From: a virus
Taxonomy: Duplodnaviria; Caudoviricetes
DNA: 64,000 bases
IMG/VR virus record: IMGVR_UViG_3300033070_001371
Coordinates: 55,216 to 119,215 of that record
Strand: one strand, 5' to 3'
Each line of letters begins with the position of its first letter. Position 1 is the stretch's first letter. Made by a program: the position numbers and the translations under genes. This document shows positions 57,576 through 64,000 of the stretch, one piece after another. The notes under the pieces are model-generated. The model saw nothing but the letters and a program-made list of their open reading frames with translations. It was not told the DNA's origin and searched no databases.

Positions 57576-57606
57576 GAGAACAACCCTACACAGCGCACGT
57601 CAAAGC

Positions 57607-58164
57607 TCAAACCGTGATCTGCGTAGGCTGACTGACGTACGCGCTCCGCTTCTCCATCAAGATGATGTAATCCATCCCGACATTCAAATACGCAGGACGG
57701 CGCCATCGACCTTGATCGTCTGTCTGTACGACGTAAACAGGTGTAGCGAAGCGCCCTGTGTCAAAGTCCGGCTTGGTGTACACCCGCACATCTGCGTCAG
57801 GAATTCCAACGCCGCTTTCTGTGACAAAGCGAAGGTTGTCCTGTCCTCCGTAGTTGTGATCGACCGCGACCTTAGACGCCGCTGCTGCCGCAGTGGGCCC
57901 AAAAGGGGAAAAGACGTCAGTCTGCCCCACGGCGACACCCAGCCCGGTCACAGCTGTGACTTGGTACACGTCGCGCGCAGTGCCTTGCGTGTCGTCGAAG
58001 AAGAACCGCTTTCGCTCCGCCGACCAATTGGGTCCAGGCACCTCGCTGGGGACGACTGCGACCAAAGACAATGGCTGCCCGATGTCCGGTGCGCGTCGAA
58101 CTTCATAGGAGGCGACATCAGTGTCGACATCCTGTTCCCAGTACACACGAACTCCAATTGCCAT
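57607..58164 (-). CDS. Virion-associated beta-sandwich protein
   Basis: GGAGG SD; FN3-like N-terminus (W...D.DVASYEVRR); VQTDDQGRW. Confidence 0.55.
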   Translation of the reverse strand: MAIGVRVYWEQDVDTDVASYEVRRAPDIGQPLSLVAVVPSEVPGPNWSAERKRFFFDDTQGTARDVYQVTAVTGLGVAVGQTDVFSPFGPTAAAAASKVAVDHNYGGQDNLRFVTESGVGIPDADVRVYTKPDFDTGRFATPVYVVQTDDQGRWRRPAYLNVGMDYIILMEKRSAYVSQPTQITV

Positions 58165-60452
58165 CAGCGGCCTCCCTTGAGTTTTTTAATCGACCTCGGA
58201 ACTACGTAAGGCGTCAAAGCGTCGCCGCCGGCTTGGAGAGCCGGCGCACCTGAAGCAAGCGACACAACAGGTTGACTGGAGCTTGCCGGAGACAAAGGCG
58301 TCCCATCTGCCTGCAAAGGTGACTCACCAGAGGCGAGCACAGCGATTGTGCTTTGTTTCAGACTGTACGCATCTACCCCAGCGTACCAACCCACACCAAC
58401 GGGCAGCAACAACTCGACCGCGTAGCGAACGTCAATCTGGCTGAACCAGACAGGTTGTTCATCGAGAAGCTGATACGCATCAAAGCGTGTCCCAAGCGCT
58501 TCAGAAACAGATTGGGAGTCGCCAACAAAAACAGCGACGTTGACCGAGCCATCAAGGCTATCCGTCAATACAACCGCGTCTGACAAACCGAGCGACGTTG
58601 CCGCACTCGTTGCTAGGGAAGACTGAACAGCTGCGGTCTCGAAAACAAAAGCTGTCGCGGCATACGCAGGCGCTAGAACAGCGAAGAGAGAACAGCCTTC
58701 AGCGAGGCCGATGATGTACCCCTTAGAGCTGGTGATGTTTTCGTTGAAAGCCCAGCTCTCGGCGACGATAGTTGCAAGAGCCGCCTGAGCTTGAGTCCCG
58801 TCAATCCACTGCCAGCTCTCAACAACCACAGCTTGTCCTGCAAACGACGAGCTGATCGCATCAGACAGGGTAACAGCGCTCTCGGCTACAACTACTGTCC
58901 GACCCACAGACGGAGAAACAGCTTCAGCAATAGACAAGGCTTCAGCCAAAGCCGAAACAACAGCAGCCTGTGCGCTAAGCGATGCGCTGAGCGAAAGCGT
59001 TTCGGACAGCGCTACGGACAGCAAGTAGCCAGCGGCCAATTGATCCGTCTGCGTAACAGTCTCAGGTAGGTTTTGAGCATATGCGCCAACGCTCTGCATC
59101 GCCTCCAAAAGCGCTGAGACCTCATTGAGCGCGACCGACAACGCAACCGAGGCAGCCAAACTCTCGCTAGAGATATTCACGGTCTCAGCCAAACTAGCTG
59201 CGTACGCGTTGCCCGCCAACAACGCAGCTGTCCAGCTGACTGCTTCTGAAAGTGTCGCTATAGCTGCCTTCGTAGCAGTCAACGACTCCACGAAACCAAC
59301 TGACTCAGCCACCCCTTCAGCCGCGCTCAGCTGCGAACTGAGCGCGTCGAGCACCGCCGCGCTTTCAGTCAGCTGAATAGTGACGGCGTGCAGCACCAAC
59401 AAAGACTCTGAAGTCGCAACAGTCTCAGCGAGCGACAGCGTCGTATTGAGCCCAGCTACCAACGACGCGAAGTAAGGTAGCGACTCACTCAACGCTGCGA
59501 CCAATACCAACTGCGCGGCCAAACTTTCAGCCAACGCCCAGCTCTCCGACAGAGAAACGACAACACCCAAAGCCGTAGCCAGAGCCTCAGCGCTGGCCCA
59601 TGTCTCATTGATCGAGACGCCTACACCTTGCGCAGCATTGAGCGTCTCAGCCGAAGAAACTGTCTCGCTGATCGAAGCGGTCGCTGCGCGAACAATTTGA
59701 ACTGCGTCCGCAATAGACAAACTCTCACTGAGCGTGGCCGCCGCTGCGTACGCCGTCGTCGGCGAATCAGTGAGCGACACCGTCTCAGTGACCGACGCCG
59801 AGGTGCCGTACGCAGCTGCCGTCGCGTCAGAGAGCGTCACAGCTTCACTGACGGCCGCCGCTGTGGCGTACGTCGTTGTCGACGCTTCTGACAACGCCAC
59901 AGTCTCACTGAGGCCTGCCACAACACCGTACGCAGCGGCAACAGCCTCAACAAGCGCCACCGCTTCGTTGACCGACGCCAAAAACAACAGCCCTGCGCTC
60001 AAGGCCTCTGAGAAAGACACCGTCTCCGAAAGACCTGTCGCCATCGCGGCTTGTGCGCCAAGCAATTCGCTTTGGGTGACAGTCTCAGACGCAGCAGCGA
60101 CCGCGCTGTATCCAGCAACGACAACGTCTGCCAACGAGAGGTTCTCGCTGAGCGTAGCGTTTACGGCGTACAGCGAAGCTAACGCATCAGAAACGGCAGC
60201 CGTTTCGTTCAGCGAAGCGAAGACATCAAGCCTCGCCAACAACGCTTCAACGATCGAAACAGTTTCAACGACGCCTTCGACGTAGTTCGAACCGCCCGTA
60301 CCCTTCATCGGCAAGCGGTACTTGTTCGTGCTCGACGCGGGGATACCCTGCGTTTGGCTAAACATGCGGCCACGCCGCTCGGCCCAGCCTACGAAGCCTC
60401 GATCGTATGTGAGCCGCGAAGCATTTCCGGGATAGCCACGAAAAATCGGCAC
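58164..60452 (-). CDS. Repeat-rich fibre-like protein (~20-22 aa SET(V)SLSEAL repeats)
   Basis: About 30 degenerate repeats, Ala/Ser/Val/Glu-rich; lower GC. Confidence 0.7.
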   Translation of the reverse strand: MPIFRGYPGNASRLTYDRGFVGWAERRGRMFSQTQGIPASSTNKYRLPMKGTGGSNYVEGVVETVSIVEALLARLDVFASLNETAAVSDALASLYAVNATLSENLSLADVVVAGYSAVAAASETVTQSELLGAQAAMATGLSETVSFSEALSAGLLFLASVNEAVALVEAVAAAYGVVAGLSETVALSEASTTTYATAAAVSEAVTLSDATAAAYGTSASVTETVSLTDSPTTAYAAAATLSESLSIADAVQIVRAATASISETVSSAETLNAAQGVGVSINETWASAEALATALGVVVSLSESWALAESLAAQLVLVAALSESLPYFASLVAGLNTTLSLAETVATSESLLVLHAVTIQLTESAAVLDALSSQLSAAEGVAESVGFVESLTATKAAIATLSEAVSWTAALLAGNAYAASLAETVNISSESLAASVALSVALNEVSALLEAMQSVGAYAQNLPETVTQTDQLAAGYLLSVALSETLSLSASLSAQAAVVSALAEALSIAEAVSPSVGRTVVVAESAVTLSDAISSSFAGQAVVVESWQWIDGTQAQAALATIVAESWAFNENITSSKGYIIGLAEGCSLFAVLAPAYAATAFVFETAAVQSSLATSAATSLGLSDAVVLTDSLDGSVNVAVFVGDSQSVSEALGTRFDAYQLLDEQPVWFSQIDVRYAVELLLPVGVGWYAGVDAYSLKQSTIAVLASGESPLQADGTPLSPASSSQPVVSLASGAPALQAGGDALTPYVVPRSIKKLKGGR

Positions 60453-60455
60453 AGG

Positions 60456-61586
60456 TCACCCCCAGGCAACGGTGACCGATCCGTCGAAGGTCGCAGCAGT
60501 CGCAGCCGGAAAGAAGGCCAAAAAAGAAAGGCAAGCGCCATCGTAGACCCGATAAAGGCCGACGAGCTGCTGCACCAAGTCAACCAACGTCGTAACGCCA
60601 GCGACTTGGATAGGAATGGTCGCCAACGGGGCACCCAAAACGAACGCCATCGTGCCCGTGTTCGCTGCTGACGTCGTGTAGTTTGCGATCAGCCGAACGC
60701 CGCCGTCTCCAGCCGCAAGCGGCATGTACGGACCTTGCGTGAGCGTCGCACCTGTGACGCTCGGAGACACGATGCGCGCGCCAAGCGTCGTAGTAGGTGC
60801 CGCAGCGCTCACGATGATTGCGTTGAACGCCGCAACAGGCATCGACTGAAGAGTCGCTCCAGCCTGATCTGTGTACTGCAACTGTGTGAAGTTTGACGCC
60901 GTCGCACCAAACACAGTTTGACACGTCGTCATGATCTTCAGCCCTGGCTGTCCTGCGCTGATGTAGCGCAGAGCAGGGAGGGTGTTGGTCATGTTTTGAT
61001 TGACGCCGGCGTTAAATGCACACGCCTCGTACGTCACCACTCTGTCATACAAAATCAGCGTCGGAGTACCTGCTGTGGAGCGCGCATCCATCGACACCAT
61101 GTGCTTGGTGTCAGGAGTCTGATTTCCTGCGTGGTACAGCGCGCCCGACGTCGTGTCATCAAACTGCCGCGCTGTCGCTGCTGATCCCGTATACGCTCCG
61201 GCTGCTGGCGACCCGCCCACTGGCCAAAGATCGTACCAGTTGTTGGCGACCGGAGCCGTCGTTGCACCCTTCGAGAACTTCGCCGAAAAGAACTTTCCGT
61301 TCTGCGTGATCTCTGAAATGATGTCGTCGTACGAGACGAAACCGGCCCACTTCTGATACTGCTCCAAGCTCAAGTCGAGCGGGCGGAACAGCACATCATC
61401 CGGGAACAGATCCGGGCGCGCAGCACATGCCCACCAAGGAGGCGCGAAAGTAGCGCCCACTACGCGCCGCCCGTGCATGACGGGCAGCAATCGGTCGATC
61501 CCTCGAACAGCTTCGATCGCCGCCACTTGGGTAGCAGTGATCGCTGAGGGGTTCATGCGGGACTTCTGCGTCGTCAGGATGTTCAT
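60456..61586 (-). CDS. Virion structural protein
   Basis: Thr/Ala/Gly-rich beta protein; TLILYDRV, PLAAGDGGVR. Confidence 0.6.
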   Translation of the reverse strand: MNILTTQKSRMNPSAITATQVAAIEAVRGIDRLLPVMHGRRVVGATFAPPWWACAARPDLFPDDVLFRPLDLSLEQYQKWAGFVSYDDIISEITQNGKFFSAKFSKGATTAPVANNWYDLWPVGGSPAAGAYTGSAATARQFDDTTSGALYHAGNQTPDTKHMVSMDARSTAGTPTLILYDRVVTYEACAFNAGVNQNMTNTLPALRYISAGQPGLKIMTTCQTVFGATASNFTQLQYTDQAGATLQSMPVAAFNAIIVSAAAPTTTLGARIVSPSVTGATLTQGPYMPLAAGDGGVRLIANYTTSAANTGTMAFVLGAPLATIPIQVAGVTTLVDLVQQLVGLYRVYDGACLSFLAFFPAATAATFDGSVTVAWG

Positions 61587-61975
61587 CGGTCCAAGCTCTC
61601 GAAAGTGTACTCGAAAGCGTACTGCCCGAGAACAGCATCCATGGTGAGCGCCGAGCTCCAAACCTCACGGGTTCCGTCCTCCCAACAGAGAACAACGAAA
61701 CCATCGGGCCATTGGGCCAAAGCGCCTTTGACCTCTTGCGACACAGTCTCCCGAACGAGGAAGCGCGGCACGCGTCCCGCTGTGTCGGGCTCGACGCTCC
61801 ACTGATCTCCGTAGGATGCGTGCAGCCCCTCGTTCAGATCGAGGGTGTCGTACATCTCGACAACGCCGTCCAGCCACCAGACGACGGTGCATCGAGTAAA
61901 ACAAACGCCGTAGCCGGCGCTACGTCCAGGCGTGCCCCCCTTGTGCAGCAATTGAAACACGCTTGGCGGCGCCAT
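61583..61975 (-). CDS. Hypothetical protein
   Basis: ATGA-coupled to next gene. Confidence 0.55.
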   Translation of the reverse strand: MAPPSVFQLLHKGGTPGRSAGYGVCFTRCTVVWWLDGVVEMYDTLDLNEGLHASYGDQWSVEPDTAGRVPRFLVRETVSQEVKGALAQWPDGFVVLCWEDGTREVWSSALTMDAVLGQYAFEYTFESLDR

Positions 61976-61978
61976 GAC

Positions 61979-62533
61979 TCAGCCCAGCGTGATGGTGAAC
62001 GTGAGCGAAAGCGTGTCGCCGTTGATCAGCGAGCGCTGCGTGAAGCCGAGGACGTGGTTCATCGTACCGGCTGCCGCCGCCGTGAACAACGCCGCCTTCT
62101 GAGCGCTCTGCGCGCCTGTCGCCGTAAAGACCTTCGCGATCGTCGTGGTGTTGGTTCCAGCCGTGTGCGAGTAGGTGCCTTGCGCCCGCCCGAGGCCGTT
62201 CAACGTGATCTCATTGGAGAGGACCGTTGAGGTGGCGGTCTCCGTAACAGCGTCGTTGGAGAGCGCGATGTAGTTCAGGCCGTTCGTTCCAAGGCCGGCA
62301 GTGCCGTACCCCTGGAGGTGCAAGTAGTCCCGGCCCGCGTTGGTGATGAGGTTCCAGACGCGCTCGACTTCCCCAACATCTTCCATCACGTAGATGGCGC
62401 CTTTACGGCGTACACGTTGATGCTTGATGTCGAGAGACGCTCGCCCCACGGGGAAGAGCTCGTTGAGAGTGTTGCGCATCGCGGCGCCGATAGCGAGCGC
62501 TGCACGGCTTCGAACGTTTTCGATCAAACGCAT
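61979..62533 (-). CDS. Tail fibre/collar-type structural protein
   Basis: AGGAG SD; NLITNAGRDY...YIALSND...LSNE...GLGR...GDTLSLTFTI. Confidence 0.7.
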   Translation of the reverse strand: MRLIENVRSRAALAIGAAMRNTLNELFPVGRASLDIKHQRVRRKGAIYVMEDVGEVERVWNLITNAGRDYLHLQGYGTAGLGTNGLNYIALSNDAVTETATSTVLSNEITLNGLGRAQGTYSHTAGTNTTTIAKVFTATGAQSAQKAALFTAAAAGTMNHVLGFTQRSLINGDTLSLTFTITLG

Positions 62534-62622
62534 GGGGCTTCTCCTGCTGGAGCAATATAAGCACAAGTAGATCGGAGCCAGCCAAAAGAAACACCAAGGG
62601 CCCGAAGGCCTCCGGGCGCATC

Positions 62623-62952
62623 TCACAGAAAGGGCGTTCGGACGACGCGAGATGCAATTCTCACGACGCGACTAACAGTTCGGACGACGCACACTGCGTC
62701 TTCACACGTAGGATCTTCGTATATGCGTCCAAAGGCGAGTCGTCCTGTAGGCGACAGAACTTGACCCCAGGCCGGCCTCACGTAGCTGATGCCGAGCTCC
62801 GCAAGGATCTGTGAGACCTGGGAGGCTTCGCACTCGCCGTAGCGCCGCCACATCGTGCCCTCTGAAAGCCCTAGCTCCGCGAGTTTGGCTTGAAACTTAC
62901 GAAGTCGCGCGCCGTACCACTGACCTTCTGTCAGCGTGACTACGACGAACAT
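62623..62952 (-). CDS. Hypothetical protein
   Basis: AGAGG SD; overlaps upstream gene. Confidence 0.5.
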   Translation of the reverse strand: MFVVVTLTEGQWYGARLRKFQAKLAELGLSEGTMWRRYGECEASQVSQILAELGISYVRPAWGQVLSPTGRLAFGRIYEDPTCEDAVCVVRTVSRVVRIASRVVRTPFL

Positions 62953-63221
62953 GGGCCTCTAAACAGGGGTTGAAGCACCGTCTCGTACCGCTTGAGCGCG
63001 TCTACGGCCGTATCGACGTCCCGCGCGTAGATTCGGATCGGGAACAGCCCTCCCTCGACCTCGATAGCGATCGGAGTCTCTCGGTCGAGCAGGTCGACGT
63101 ACGCCTCACAGCGCAGCCTGCCAACCCGCGTTACGAGCACATCCGTGCGCACCACAGGCCGCTTGTGCGCTATGGCCTTGAGCGCAGAGCAGAGCGCGGC
63201 GAATCGCGCATCTGACTTCAT
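62940..63221 (-). CDS. Hypothetical protein
   Basis: ATGA coupling. Confidence 0.55.
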   Translation of the reverse strand: MKSDARFAALCSALKAIAHKRPVVRTDVLVTRVGRLRCEAYVDLLDRETPIAIEVEGGLFPIRIYARDVDTAVDALKRYETVLQPLFRGPCSS

Positions 63222-63508
63222 GTTGACACCGCGCTATCGAGCAGGCAGTGCAATTGGTTCGCGTTGTACGCCACGTCTATGTGACTCTCGACTTTGAGCG
63301 CGTACTTTCCCGCCCGATCTACGTGATAGAGCAGCGGGGCGTGCGCTGTGCTCTTCTCCGCGTGGCAGAGATAGGCTCTGCGCACGTTGCGGACGATGTC
63401 ATTGAGGCCGACAGCCTTATCACGGAAGCTGCGCTGGAGCGCTGTCTCCAGCGTGGTGATGAGCTTGTAGTAGCGAGCGAGAGCGCTCATCCGGTCAGTG
63501 CTTTTCAC
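63218..63508 (-). CDS. Hypothetical protein
   Basis: AAGGAG SD before GTG 63508. Confidence 0.5.
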   Translation of the reverse strand: MKSTDRMSALARYYKLITTLETALQRSFRDKAVGLNDIVRNVRRAYLCHAEKSTAHAPLLYHVDRAGKYALKVESHIDVAYNANQLHCLLDSAVST

Positions 63509-63581
63509 GGTCAGTCTCCTTGGAGGACCACGACATGTGGCTCCAAGTACTTGTACCGGGTTGTGAGCACTGTTTACGCCG

Positions 63582-63893
63582 TTAAGTAACCCTTTTGAGC
63601 TCGCCCTCTTCAAGTTCACGCCGAGCCTCCACAGGCTCTTTCGCTGCGCGCAAACGCGCCCGGCGAGACGGTTCCACGTGACGCGCATCCGCGTCGTCGA
63701 GCGTGACTGTGACCTCATCGCCGACGCCCGCGATGGCGACCGCTGTCTCTGTGTAAATCACGTCGACATGGATTCCTCCGCCGACACGCACGAGCTCGCC
63801 GTCGCCCTCGGTGTGCACGCGCGGATAGCCTCGCTTGCTGTCGATCTCGGCGCGAATCGCTTCAGCGTCCGCGCGCGTGATGGTGCGCTTCAT
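63582..63893 (-). CDS. Hypothetical protein
   Basis: GAGGT SD before ATG 63893. Confidence 0.55.
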   Translation of the reverse strand: MKRTITRADAEAIRAEIDSKRGYPRVHTEGDGELVRVGGGIHVDVIYTETAVAIAGVGDEVTVTLDDADARHVEPSRRARLRAAKEPVEARRELEEGELKRVT

Positions 63894-64000
63894 CCGTACC
63901 TCGCAACTGTGTAGTCCTGGAGCCGCGCGCGGGCGGGACAGACGGGGACGGTGCGGACGCAGCAACAGGCTGTTCCGCCGAGGTTTGCTCGGGCATTGTC

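Larger units (their letters stand above)
936..63585. repeat. Dispersed 13-bp palindromic motif TTTAC(G/C)N(C/G)GTAAA, about 41 copies
   Basis: Examples: ACGCCGTAAA at 936, 5960, 8565, 14018, 17671, 22469, 24337, 31133, 43190; TTTACGGCGT at 3483, 26527, 34992, 46070, 50647, 60160, 62402. Confidence 0.9.

Noticed and set aside
1-64000. CRISPR array formed by the recurring 13-bp motif
   Set aside because: Copies are short, degenerate, about 1.5 kb apart and mostly intragenic; no repeat-spacer structure and no cas genes
1-64000. Stop-codon reassignment (alternative genetic code)
   Set aside because: Conserved genes are intact and densely packed under the standard code; TAG and TGA both end genes; no suppressor tRNA seen

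Overview
This window is a 64 kb segment of a GC-rich (by eye roughly 65-70%) large myovirus-type (jumbo-like) bacteriophage; no terminase, portal or integrase is visible in it. Left arm (1-33 kb, + strand): a phage multisubunit RNA polymerase split as [beta C-term + beta' N-term with catalytic NLDYDGD] and [beta' C-term], embedded in a head module (putative prohead protease, scaffold-like proteins, major capsid protein) and followed by neck, tail sheath, tail tube and baseplate genes. Right arm (33-64 kb, mixed strands): amidase endolysin, thymidine kinase, pyrophosphatase-like, ATP-grasp and hydrolase genes, tail appendage genes, three HNH and one LAGLIDADG endonuclease, a tmRNA (tag ANDNASVPQQLAA), tRNA-Asn/Gln/Tyr with no encoded CCA next to an RNase Z, and a Cys-rich lipoprotein suggesting a myxobacterial host. 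The strongest unexplained signal is a 13-bp palindromic motif, consensus TTTAC(G/C)N(C/G)GTAAA. I found about 41 copies, roughly one per 1.5 kb and fairly evenly spaced. Most are written into coding sequence using rare codons and several overlap promoter-like sites. Two other genome-wide patterns are K-x-A motifs (putative protease cleavage sites) in head-module proteins including the RNAP, and a TAnnnT box 5-7 nt before many start codons (leaderless genes). All calls come from reading the sequence by eye; no database searches were run.
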